From the human T2T-CHM13v2.0 reference genome, Homo sapiens, in the NCBI RefSeq assembly GCF_009914755.1, contig NC_060944.1: a DNA stretch of 64,000 nucleotides; one strand, written 5' to 3'. Position 1 is the first letter of the stretch. Each line of letters opens with the position of its first letter. Positions 29,960-41,713 of the stretch are shown piece by piece. A program made the translations under genes and the position numbers. The notes under the pieces are model-generated. The model saw nothing but the letters and a program-made list of their open reading frames with translations, was not told the DNA's origin and did not search any database.

Positions 29960-30395
29960 GGCTGACTTAGATCACATTCCCCAGAAGCAAGAGTCTGAGA
30001 TGGGTCTTACTGTGCAAGTGATTTACAGAAAGGGTGCTCTCAGGAGGAAGCTGGGAGGAAGCAAGGGAAGGAGGAGACAGCCTGGGAGAAGCTATACCAT
30101 ATATGGGTTCGGGTAGAGTCCAGGGCAGCCTGATGCCATAGGGAGCTCTGGGGGGTGACCAGCACCACAGCATTGATCCTCTGAGGGCTTTGGTATCTTT
30201 TCATCAGCCAGACATTGGCTGGGTGTCATCCCAGAGGGGTGGGGATAACATTGTGAAGCATCTGTATGTGTGATGGCTCCCATCAGCAAAATCACTCTCT
30301 GGAAAAGGTGTGGGACCTCAGCAGCTAACACTCTGAGGAGCTGGGACATCGGTGCCCTGGCTCATAAAATGGCCTGGGTGGGTCACCAAGCATGT
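29960..30395 (-). mobile_element. ERVL-class LTR (LTR16-like)
   Basis: TTCCCCAGAAGCAAGAGTCTGAGA..GTGCAAGTGATTTA..CAGGAGGAAG. Confidence 0.5.
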
Positions 30396-31143
30396 CTGCT
30401 ACACTAAGGCAGCAAGGAGCCAATGGCCAGTATTAGCAGGCATTGCTAGTGTTTGTATGGATAGGAATACCTCGAGCATCGTAGGAGGGTTTCTGTTGTT
30501 CCAGCTTCTCACCAACACTAGGTATTATCTGATTTTTCATTTTAGCCATTTTTTCCATTGTGCTCATTTGGCTAATAAGATACAGTGGTATCTTGTTGTG
30601 ACTTTAATTTGCATTTTCCCGATGACTAATAAGGCTCCCTTTCCTTATGTTTATTGCTGTGTGTTTATATTATTTTAAGAAGTGTCTCAAGAACTCTACA
30701 ATTACGTCGTCTTTAATTGGGTCGTCTGCCTTTTTCTTATTGTGTGGGTTAATTACCTATTCTGGACTGTAGTCCTCATCAGATATTTGCTTTAGAAATG
30801 CCTTCTCCATCACTACGGTTGTCCTTTTTAATCTTGTAACATATCCTTTGCTCAACAGAAGTTCTTAATTTTAATGAAATCCAGTGTCATCTTTTTCCTT
30901 TTATGGTTTGTGCCATTTGCCCTATTTAAGGAATCTTTGTCTGCCCCAAGCCCATGAAGATATTGTTTTATATTATCATCTAGAAACTTCATTTTAATTT
31001 TCACCTTTCATATTTAGAGCACCAAAGCTTTGGGAACAGATCTTTGCCTATAGTGTGAGGTGGTATCTCTTTAGTCATAAATCAAAGAACCCTATGTATG
31101 GTCTGTATCTCATTTTTCATTTGATTGGCTCTGTTTTCTATTC

Positions 31144-31366
31144 CAGTAGTTCTCAACCGGGGGTAAATTTTTCCCCCAACAGGGGACATTTTGCAATTTC
31201 TGGAGTCGTTTTTTGTTGTCACAAGTGTGTGCAGAGGCTGCTACTGGCATCTCATGGGTAGAGACCAGGGATGTTGCTAAGCAACCTACATCACACAGGA
31301 CACTCCCTAATAAAAAAACCATCCAGCCCCAAATGTCAGTAATGCTGAGGTTGGCTAAGAAACCTG
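31144..31366. mobile_element. MER20 hAT-Charlie MITE
   Basis: CAGTAGTTCTCAACCGGGGG..GGGGACATT..GGGTAGAGACCAGGGATGTTGCTAA..GCCCCAAATGTCAGTAATGCTGAGGTTG. Confidence 0.9.
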
Positions 31367-31540
31367 GCCTGTGACTACACCAAGGCCACAGTGTCTCACT
31401 GGCTGTGGCTGTGGCTCTGGCTCCACAATCAGCCCCTGCTTTTGGTGTTGTGACCTGTAATTCTGTGATTCTTTCCAGGCATACTTGGTGCTGCTTTTTT
31501 TTTTTTTCTATGTAAATTTTTGAATCATTTTGTTAGTGTC

Positions 31541-31598
31541 CAAAAAAACAAAAAACAAACAAACAAACAAAAAAACAAAAACAAAAACAAAAAAAAAC
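31541..31598 (+). repeat. (CAAA/CAAAAA)n simple repeat
   Basis: Seen directly. Confidence 0.9.
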
Positions 31599-31742
31599 GC
31601 TGCTGGGATTTTTATAGGATTGCCTATAATCTATACATCAACTTGAGGAAAACTGGCACCTTTCCAATAAGAACTCTTATAATCCACGAACATGATATAT
31701 CCTTCCATTTACCTAGGTCTTTTATATTTTCTATTTTCTAAA

Positions 31743-32199
31743 TTTTTTTATTTTTTTATTATTATACTTTAAGTTTTAGGGTACATGCGCACAATGTGCA
31801 GGCTAGTTACATATGTATACATGTGCCATGCTGGTGTGCTGCACCCATTAACTCATCATCTAGCATTAGGAATATCTCCCAGTGCTATCCCTCCCCCCTC
31901 CCCGCCCCCCACAACAGGCCCCAGAGTGTGATGTTCCCCTTCCTGTGTCCATGTGTTCTCATTGTTCAGTTCCCACCTATGAGTGAGAATATGCGGTGTT
32001 TGGTTTTTTGTTCTTACGATAGTTTACTGAGAATGATGATTTCCGATTTCATCCATGTCCCTGCAAAGGACATGAACTCATCATTTTTTATGGCTGCATA
32101 GTATTCCATGGTGTATATGTGCCACATTTTCTTAATCCGGTCTATCATTGTTGGACATTTGGGTGGGTTCCAAGTCTTTGCTATTGTGAATAATGCCGC
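31743..32199 (-). mobile_element. Young 5'-truncated L1PA2/L1PA3-type 3' end
   Basis: TATACTTTAAGTTTTAGGGTACATG, GAGAATATGCGG, AATAATGCCGC; low divergence; lacks the L1HS-Ta GTGATCTC/GATATTCC pattern. Confidence 0.9.
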
Positions 32200-32561
32200 T
32201 ATGGTGTTTTTTTGTTGTTGTTGTTGTTGGTTTTTCTTTATAGGAATCTAGCAAGTCTTCTGTTAGATTCATTCCTGGCTTTTGTACATTTCTACTGATA
32301 TTGTAAATACTATTCTTCACATTTCGGTTTCTAGTTGCTTGTTACTGGCATTAAAATGAAATGACTTTTGTGTATTGACATGCACGTAGCAGTGATGCTG
32401 AATTCTCTTAATAATTCAATAGTTTGTGAATTCTTTTGGATTTTCTACATAGTATTAGATAGGAGAGTCTTATCTTTTTCTTTTCATGTTTTATTATATT
32501 GATTGATTGCTTACTTATTGTCCTGGTTAGGAGCTCCAGTACAATTTTGAATAATGGCTGT

Positions 32562-32657
32562 GCCCAGGCTGGTTTTGAACTCCTGGCTTTGAACAATCCT
32601 CCTGTGTCAGCCTCCTACAGTGCTGGGATGACAGGCGTGAGCCACCGTACCCAGCCT
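32562..32657 (-). mobile_element. FLAM/AluJ left-arm fragment
   Basis: GCCCAGGCTGGTTTTGAACTCCTGG..CAGGCGTGAGCCACCG. Confidence 0.85.
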
Positions 32658-35600
32658 TGTTTTCTATTTGAATATATCCTGTATCTTCCTTTATATTCCT
32701 TTCATTCTACTTCAGGTTTTTTGGTTTTTCCAAATGTAATTTCTTGAGATTGGTAGTCAGACAATTGATCTTTCAGCTTTCTTCTCTCCTACATAGGCAT
32801 TTAAGACCATGAATTTTCCTCTAAGCATGGCTTAGCTGCATACCACACATTTTGATATGTTGATATATCATTGAGATGTTGATATGTGTGTGTAAGTATG
32901 TAAAACGTTTTACATGTATTTTAAATGTATGCAAATTCTACAGCTGTTGGGTGACGTGTTCTACACATGTACATTAAGTCAGGCGTGTCAGTCAGAATGC
33001 ATGAATCTTTTGTATGTTTTTCTGGCATTTTGTCTGCTTATTCTATTAATTCCTTAGAGAGGTATGTTAAAGTCTATCGTATTCATTGTAGATTTCCTGT
33101 TTCCTCTTTTATTCCCACCAAGTTTTGTCTCATATATTTCGAATATATGTTAATTAGGTACATGCAAATTTAAAATGATCATATTTCTCTGACATATTCT
33201 TTTGCCACGATGAGACATCCGTCTTTATTTCTAGTAATGCTCCTTTCTTTAAAATTGATTTGCATATTAGTCTAGGAAACCACCATTCTTTTGATTACTG
33301 TATGCATGCCTTTTTTCCCATGTTTTAATGTTCAACCCGTTAGTATCCTCATGTAGAAAGTGTGTCTCTTTTACATCATACATTTAAAAAAAATCTAATC
33401 AGACATTCTTGCTTTTTAAACTGGAGCATTTAATCCATTTATGTGTTATGCAAGTACTAATATATTTGAGTTTATAATTTTGCTATTTGTTTTTTCTGTT
33501 ACCTGTTCTTCCCTTCCTTGCTTTCTTTTATATGAATCAATGTTTTCATGATTTTATATTCTCCCCTTTTTACCTTGTTATACATCCTTTTGCTGTTATT
33601 TTAATAGGTAAACTAGAAATTATAACATGTATTCTTGTGTCACTACAGTGCCTCTGTCTAATCTAATTAGCACTTTTACCACTTCCCAGACAATTCAATT
33701 ACCCTAGAACACTTTAACTTCATTTAACCCCTTTACCATTTGTGTTATGGGTATATTTTATTTCTATATATATATTTCAAGCACCACAAGACAGCGTCAC
33801 TCTTATGATTCAGTACTCTGAACAATTCTTGAGACTCATATATCTACATACATTTTTCTGTTCTCTACATCTTCCTGAATTTCTGTGCAGGATTGTTGTA
33901 TTATACCGGTGGACATCTCTTTAATATCTTAGTTAGGCCTGCTAATTTTTGTTTGTCTGGAAATATGTCTATTAATCTTCACTTTTCAATGATATTTTCA
34001 CTGGGCATAGAATTCTAGTTTGGATATTAGTTCCTTTAACCACTTTAAAGGTGTCTTTTTTTTTTTTTTTTTTTACTGGTTTCCACCATTTCTGTTGAGA
34101 AGTTAACTGTCATTATTACTGTTTACTCCTTTGAAAGTAATGCCTCATGTGGCTTTTCTCCTTAAGAACCTAAGAGTGGTTACTATCACATGAACTTTAA
34201 ATATTTTTTTTTTAAAGAGAGGAGAAAAAAATAACCTAAGTGTGGCTTTCTTTTCCTGTATCCTGCTTGTCAGTTCTATTGTTACTTCTTTGTGATAAAG
34301 TGGGTTTTTAAAATCTGGTTGCTTTTCAGTTTTTCTTTGTCTTAGATTCTCAATTATTTCATTAAGATGTCCCCAGGTGTGATTTTCTTTTTATTTAAAC
34401 TTCTTAGAGTTCATAACATTTTTGAATATATACTTCTATAATTTTATCAGTTTTAAAATATTCTTGACCATCACCTTATCAAATAGGGCGCCTTCCCACC
34501 TTTATTCCTTCATCTCTTTGGGGACTGTAGTTAATATGTATATTTAGTATTATAATCACATGTGTATTTTCTATCATTTTTCCCCTTTTGCACTTCAATG
34601 TGGGTATTTTTCTATTCTATCATCCAGCTCATGAGTCCTCTTTTTAGTTCTATCTAATGTGCTGTTAGACTTGTCTATTGAGTATGTAATTTCAGTTACT
34701 TTATTTTTGAGTTTTTGGATGTCCAGTTTCAATTTGAGACTCTAATTCTCTACTAGAACTCCCCATTTTATTATTTATTTTCTTGTATATGTTAACCATA
34801 GTTCTTTAAAAATCCATACCTTATGACTGTAATGTATGGATCATCTATGGATATGCTTCTGTTGTCTGCTTTTTCTCTGTGTCTTATTTCATGGTATACA
34901 TGCTAATTTTTGAACTTTTTCTTGAATGATGGTGCAGAGCCTCTCTACGGTATTACAGTCTTACAGAGAAGAATTTTATTTTATTTGAGTTTATATCAGG
35001 CAGTTATATCAGGGGAAGACCACTCAGGCTAATCAGAATTTGGTTGATCACTTCAGGACTGGGTTTCTACTCTGTAAGACAGGGTCTTTTTTCTTCTATT
35101 TGCCGCTTTTCCCAGGTATACCTCTGAACTTCACTTTTTCTTTTTTAGCCCTGTAAGACTGCTGAAAGCCATGCTTAGTTTCTCCGACATCTAGAACTGT
35201 TTGTGCTTGTCTTTCTAACCTTTTGCTAGTCCCCACTTACGCATTGGCAAATATCTCAAGGGGAAAACCAGAGTAGAAATGCTGGGCTTGTGTCTCAATG
35301 CTTGCCTTCCCTCCAAGATCTTGGACCTATGTGTCCTGGTAGCCATCATGTCCTTGAATATAACCTTCATCTCCCATCTCTATAAACTGCCAAAAGCTCT
35401 GCTCAGCTCCCACTTCATGCTTGGCTTTCTGCTCAGGTTCTCAGCCTTTTGCCCACATAACTTGCAAACTAAATAAACCTCAAAGTGAAAGCAATGGAGA
35501 ATACTCGTCTCATCTAAATATGTTTTCTTTTTCTCCGGGATCTTGGACTATCTGTCTTCGTTTGGTAGACCTTTCTCCAACCTTGAAAATAACACAATCA

Positions 35601-36206
35601 CGTAAAATTCACCTTTTTAATATACATATTTCATCTAGTTTTTGTGTGTGTATGTTTTCAGCAAAAGATTTGTCTTGCTGCAGACTAGTCCTTTATATCA
35701 TCAACCAGATGACTAATATATATCTTAGTCACTTGATTTCCTATTATAAAATAACATCCTATGTATCAGTTTTTGTTCTAAGCAACAAAAAAGCAAAGAT
35801 TGTTTTTGTTCTAAGCAACAGAAGCTGACTCTGGTTAACTTAAATTAATTTTTTTTAAGGTGTACTATCTGGGATTGGCATTACCATGACCTTCATTGTG
35901 TATCTGAGGCTCTGAGGCTCTGGAAGGTTGAGTAACAGGCCCAAGGTTGCAGAGGCAATAGGGAGTGATGTAGGGATCCAAACTGATGCTCCCCAGCCCA
36001 CAGATGCCATTGTGTCCTGCTACTCCCCAGTGACAAGGTAGTTTCACACACAGTTGTAAGAAATAATGCAGAGAAATCTTGCATACCCTTCTTTCAGCTT
36101 TCCCCAATCTTGCAAAACTAGGGTACAAGTGTATATCAAGACAAGGATGTTGGCATTGACACACTCAACCAACTTCATTGACATGGCACCAATTTAATGT
36201 GCACCC

Positions 36207-36484
36207 TGATATAGACTGAATGTGTCCCCTCAAAATTCCTATGTTGAAATCCTAATCCCAAAGGTGATGGTCTTAGGAGATACGGCTTTGGAAGGTGATT
36301 AGAACATGAGGGTGGGGCCTTCATGAATGGGGTTCGTGCCCTTATGAAAGGGACCGCAGAGAGCTCTCGTGCCCTCTTTTCTCCATGTCAGTGGCAGTTT
36401 GCAGCCTGGAAAGGGTCTTTACCGGAACCAGGCTGTGCTGGCATCTTGATCTTGAATTTCTAGCCTCCAAAACTAGGAGAAAAA
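36207..36484 (+). mobile_element. MLT1A/MSTD-type MaLR LTR, truncated
   Basis: TGATATAGACTGAATGTGTCCCCTCAAAATTCCTATGTTGAAATCCTAAT..TCTAGCCTCCAAAACT. Confidence 0.8.
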
Positions 36485-36927
36485 CCTGAAGCAGGCTTTA
36501 GAAACTAGAATCCTTCTTCCCCAAAGCAAGCCATGACACCTAGAAAGGTCACTCTTACCTCTTCCCTTCTCCCCTGAAGTTCCTCATTGTCCTTCCTCAT
36601 ACCCGGGGCGGGGGAGGAATGTTTTGCAGAAACACAGAAAAGAATCTGAACAAACCGGCCTTGCTGAAGATCCCCCCAGATTATTACCATTAGATCATAC
36701 CCATTTTGTTCCATTTTACTTCTCCACAAATTAAATTTTTCATCAGACTTATTATAAAAATACATAGTTTTCCCTGGGTCTTTGAATATTCATTTCGGGA
36801 GGCTCCTCACATTAACCTTTATAAAAATAAATGTGTTATGCTTTCTCCTGGCAATCTGCCTTTTGTTACAGGGTTGTCGGTCAAGACCCTTGCCATGGGT
36901 GAGGAAAAGGTGCTTTTTCTTCCCTAC
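36485..36927 (+). mobile_element. ERV1 MER4-group LTR (MER34/MER39-like), 5'-truncated
   Basis: AAGAATCTGAACAAACCGGCCTTGCT, CCATTAGATCATACCC, AATAAATGTGTTATGC, ends TTCCCTACA. Confidence 0.7.
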
Positions 36928-38499
36928 ACGTGGGTATTTAGTTCCCTGTAATTTTATGCCACGTGTAGATTCTTGTGAACATCACTTCAGTCCAGAAACA
37001 GCATATCCGTCATAAGGCCCCTTGTGCCACTTTGTCATAGCCACACCACGCGCTTTCCTTGTCAAACTCTGGCAACCATGGACCTGCCTCCCATCTCTAA
37101 AATTTTGCCATTTTAAGAAAGTTATATAAATGGAATCATGTACTAAGTAACCCATTGAGATTGGTGTTTTTCACTCAAGGTAATTCCCTTGAAATCCAAC
37201 CAGGTTTTCTCACGCATCAGTAGTTCACCCCTTTTCATTGCTGAGAGGTATCCCACAGGGGTTTCCTTTCAGGATTGTATAAGATACACTATGTTGAAAG
37301 CTTAGAATGGTGACATTATAGGTGCCTACTGCATAATGGGACATCCTGTAATGGAAGCTGGTGCTTTTCCTCTATGCAGAAACATGATGTAATTTTTAAA
37401 AATTGAGTTCAATTACACATGCAACTTTAGGACAGAAGAGATCAAGTTACCCTGGATTAAGTGTTCAGTTACGAACGGTATTGGGAGGCTGAATTGAGAT
37501 GCCTCCCTCTCCTGCAGAACTTAGAAACACTGGCTTCAACAGGGCTTTAAGAAATAGATCAACACGTAATTCCCCAGATGAGAGAGGCAGAGCCAGCTAG
37601 GGAGGGAGAGAGAAGGCTGGCTGGGACCTGGGTGAATTTATTAACAACTTCAGGATGAGGTTGTGTCATTCAAAGAAGGTTTGCTGTGCTCAGGAAGCTG
37701 TGTATAAATCCCACTGGCAAATACTGGGAGTTTCATTTAGAACCTCTCTGAGGGGTAGAGAGAGCTTTAGCCATGGAGGCAATCTGGCCAGGGTGGCAAA
37801 GCCCATCAGGTGAAGCTGATGCATCTTCCTAACCCAGTGACATTAAACATTGAACACCCCTCCCTCTTCCTGTGTCTATTCCAGGCTCCCCAGGCTATGT
37901 GCTGATTATTTGTGGTACCCCCATTGTCTGCCTGCAGGGAAATAATGCAGGAATCATAGAGACTTTGAGCATCCTGTGCCCAGCATGAGTTACTTCTCAT
38001 TCTAAAATCAAACAAATGATGCTCTGAATACAAGTTGGCTTCTTATGCCTACCATGCACGGGCAATCTTTTCAATCACCATGATAATTACAGGACATTTT
38101 GCTGCCATTTATTGAACACTTATTAGGTGCCAGGCTCCCCAGGAAGCCCTCTGTGCATATTATTTTGTGTCAATCCCCGCTCCAATCCTATGAGGTAGGA
38201 TTGAGAGAGGGGATTAACAATCCACAGTGTGCAGGTGGCATCACTGGGATTTGAATCTAGGTGGGTTTGATGCCAGAGTCTGTGTTCTTGACCACAAAAT
38301 GACAGAGATGAGTTACTGTAAGTTAAAAATTGGCATTTGGAGCTTAGACTTCAGCTGTAAAAACTTGGCATATGTGGGGTTGCCATTGTGAGAAGGATCA
38401 GCTCTTGATGTGCTGGCAAACCAGCATCTGTAAAGTCTGTGACCACAGCCTGAACCAGGGCACATTTGCAGGCTGAAGAGGACAGTAGAAATCATGATA

Positions 38500-38915
38500 A
38501 TGTTGTATAACAATGATGGGGGTCATTGTTTAGAATGAGCTCCGTTTTAGGCGCAACAGACCAACCAGACCAGAATGGATTCATCCATACTAAGTGCCAT
38601 GTAATCAAACTGACTCATACGGACCAGTTTTCCAAAAAACAGGAGATTCCTAGCAGCAGTTGGAAGAAGCCCCATTTGTCTGAAACAGCATGATACAGAA
38701 GTTCCCTCCATTTTGACCTTATAAGGAAAGTAACCTGTAATGCCCATTCTACTTTTTATTCCTTTTTTCAGCCATAAAGTCCATCTCCTTTTCTCAGCTT
38801 ACAGGATCTTCTTTCTAAAGCTTTAGATGGAATGTTGCCTGACACATGACTCACTAATGAAAGCCAGCTACATCTCTAAACTAAATTGGTGAGAATGCTA
38901 CTTATTTTTTTTAAC
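38500..38915 (+). mobile_element. ERV1-class LTR (MER67/MER31-like; subfamily uncertain)
   Basis: CAGACCAACCAGACCAGAATGGA..CTAAGTGCCATGTAATCAAACTG; ends TTTTAACA. Confidence 0.5.
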
Positions 38916-38924
38916 AACAGTAAT

Positions 38925-39180
38925 AAGAGGAAGAGTAGAATAGCTAAAACTTAGTAAATGAATATTTGGGTCAAGTGCTGTTCTATGTGCTTTACACATG
39001 TTAACTCATTAATCCTTAAAACAAGCCTTTGAGATAAAAACAATGGCATTAGCTGCATTTGGTAGATGAGGAAATGGAGGCACATGGGGGCGAGGTGACT
39101 TGGTGACTTGTCCAAGTCATACAGTGGTGAGGAGCAGAGCTGGGATTCAAGCTGGACAGCCTTGGTCCAGAGGGCACATA
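38925..39180 (-). mobile_element. MIR
   Basis: GTGCTTTACACATGTTAACTCATTAATCCT..GATGAGGAAATGGAGGCAC..GTGACTTGTCCAAGTCATACAG..GAGCTGGGATTCAA. Confidence 0.8.
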
Positions 39181-39409
39181 CTTCACTGTGGATCTGTGCC
39201 ATCCCCTCCATTATTCAGGGCCACAATGGAGGAGCTCTGGGCCTCCTGTGCTGGGTGCTGGCCTGGCCATCCTTTGAGGGGAGGGGGACACTGCCAGGCT
39301 CTTGTTGCAGAGGAGGAAGACTAGATGCCCTGCAGTGTCTGGGAGTACTTCTAGCTGCTTCTTCTCAGGTGAGGAGGAATCATTTGATCTGTCAAAATGA
39401 GTTTGGGCC

Positions 39410-40445
39410 AGTGAGGGTTACCCAGGTCACAAACTCTGGTTAAGCAGAAGAGGATCTAGTAAGAGCATGAGAACTCTGCTTGGGAAATGGCAAGATCAAG
39501 GGCAGAGTTATGGTCCAGGTAGCAGGAGCTGGCACCAGGCATCTCAACTCAGTGTATCTGGTGGGAATCAGGTTAACTCTTTTCCCTATCTTGTGTCATC
39601 TTGGCTAACAGAATATCTGGGGGTTGGTGGAAAGAGAGCTCATGAGATTGCCCCAGCTTGAGTTCCAGTGCCCCTTTACCCCAACATTGCTAAGCAATGA
39701 AGCAACGGCAGGGCATCTTGACTTATAGCCAGTAACCAGCCCACCCCACCAAGCAATGGCAGGGCACCTTGAATGACAGCCAGCCTACCCCACTAAGCAA
39801 TGGCCGGGCACCTTGACTGACAGCCGACATACCCCACTAAGCAATGGCCGGGCACCTTGACTGACAGCCGACATACCCCACTAAGCAATGGCCGGGCACC
39901 TTGACTGATAGCCAGCCTCCCCCACTAAGCAATGGCAGGGCACCTTGACTGACAGCCAGCCTACCCCACTAAGCAATGGCAGGGCACCTTGACTGACAGC
40001 CAGCCCAGTGCACTAAGCAATGGCAGGGCACTTGACTTATAGCCAGCCCATCCCACTAAGCAAAGGCAGGGCACCTTGACTTATAGCCAGCCCACCCCAC
40101 CAAGCAATGGCAGGACACCTGACTTGCAGCCAGCCCACTCGACTAAGCAATAGCAGGACAACTTGACTTGTAGCCAGCTCACCCCACCAGCAATGGCAGG
40201 ATACCTTGACATGGAGCCAGCCTACACTACTAGACAATGGCAGGGAACCTTAACATACAGCCAGCCCACCCCACCAAGCAATGGCAGAATACCTTTACTT
40301 ATAGCTATCCTACTCAACTAAGCAGGGCACTTTGACCTCCCACCAACCCAAGACCATACACAGTGGGAGAGGGGCAATTTCCCCAAAGGGAGATGGGCAT
40401 TGTGCAAAAAGTAGGGAAATAGATGTTGGGGTAGCCCAACCCAAG
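39410..40445 (-). mobile_element. MLT1I/J-like MaLR LTR containing the VNTR
   Basis: LTR-like flanks (CAAACTCTGGTTAAGCAGAAG..; CCAAGACCATACACAGTGGGAGAGGGGCAATTTCCCCAAAGG..AGATGTTGGG). Confidence 0.55.
39700..40340. repeat. Minisatellite/VNTR, 44-bp unit, about 14.5 copies
   Basis: Unit CTAAGCAATGGCAGGGCACCTTGACTGACAGCCAGCCTACCCCA; period 44 (39793, 39837, 39881...). Confidence 0.97.
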
Positions 40446-41713
40446 CAAATCCCCTAAAGAAGTGTGTGGTCCACAGCCACCATATTGGGTAAAACAGGGG
40501 AGGCAAGTGCTTTGGGTGGTGACTGCAGAAGAGGAGAAACAGTCCCTAACATTCTGCCAATTTACCTGTTAAAAGTCCTGTGTCTCTTCAATGGGTCCTT
40601 GCAGTCTCTAGGGAAACTCAATTTCCCATAAATGATGGTTAAAACAATAAAATAATTTCATCAAACTTGGGCATATTACATTTGGCTATCTTTAAAGTGG
40701 AAGAAAGTCTGGAATCATCCATTTTCCCTCTCATTACCTTTAATTTCCTTGCCATCATTTTTTTTAAAACCAAGTTAAATCCATTAAAAAGTCAATGAAA
40801 ATGAATGGGTCTTTACTGGACATGCACACAATGTCCCTTTATGCAGAAATTGCCCGAAAAATTGCCAAAGAATTTACCTCCATAATTGGGATGTCTCTAA
40901 AAGTTTAAGAAAGTGCCAGTTTGTCAAAAAGAAAGGTAAAAGGAGATGAAACAAGTTCAAAGGTATTTCAAAAGGAAAAGACTTCAAATGGGAAGTTTCC
41001 AAATGATTCCTTTGGTCCTAAGGATAAGATATTTGTGCAGAATAGTTGGCTGGAGGTGCTGGTCCCTCGACACTGCTATGTGGAGGTGAGACCTGTGAGT
41101 GCTTGAAGAGAGAGAATGCCAGTGTGCATATCTGCATCCAACAGGGACAGGGGCCCACATATTTTATTGGGAGCAGTTGCTTTTAATTTTTGTAAGGCTT
41201 TGAAATTACCAAAATTGGGATGCTTTTGCTCATCATGAAATGGCTAAACTTTGCAGTGAAGGTGTTCTAAAGTAATGTTCCCGAAGAGAATGGACGGAGC
41301 ACCTCCCTGACCTGCCCCTGCAAATCCTGCTGACTCTTCTGCACAAATACCTTTTCCTACAGTCCCCTCCCCACTGAGAAATCCAGCAAGGCTGGGACTC
41401 AGCAAGTGGCTTAGAGCTGTGAGATATGAGACTTCAAGAATGAATGTTGTATAGAAAGAACTTTTGGTACATTGGTCCCTGGAAAAACACAGTTCTGCAT
41501 AACATTCTATTTTTATAAAATGAATTTTTCTGTGGTCAGTTAAGAGAAACCCATTTGAGCCCTTAGCATTGTGTACATTTGTGTATTCAGGTCTCTTGGG
41601 AATCCTACACAAAAGAAATTCAGATAACTTAGTGAAATTCAGTCTCTTTCAAATATATTGAACAATATACCCTTTGTTCCAAGGAATATATTTTTTGGAA
41701 ATGCTCTTTTTCT

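Larger units (their letters stand above)
29460..35700 (-). mobile_element. Long fragmented old L1M/L1ME (3' end to 5' region) hosting younger insertions
   Basis: Antisense L1 motifs throughout (GGTATCTTGTTGTGACTTTAATTTGCATTTTCCC, CAGAAGTTCTTAATTTTAATGAAATCCA, GATATTTTCACTGGGCATAGAATTCTAG); boundaries approximate. Confidence 0.7.
36035..37260 (-). mobile_element. L1MB-like 3' end split by the two LTR pieces above
   Basis: GTTGTAAGAAATAATGCAGAGA..; resumes ..CTGGCAACCA..TTATATAAATGGAATCAT. Confidence 0.65.

Noticed and set aside
39700-40340. Regular array as a possible CRISPR
   Set aside because: Units are contiguous with no unique spacers, there are no cas genes, and the context is primate
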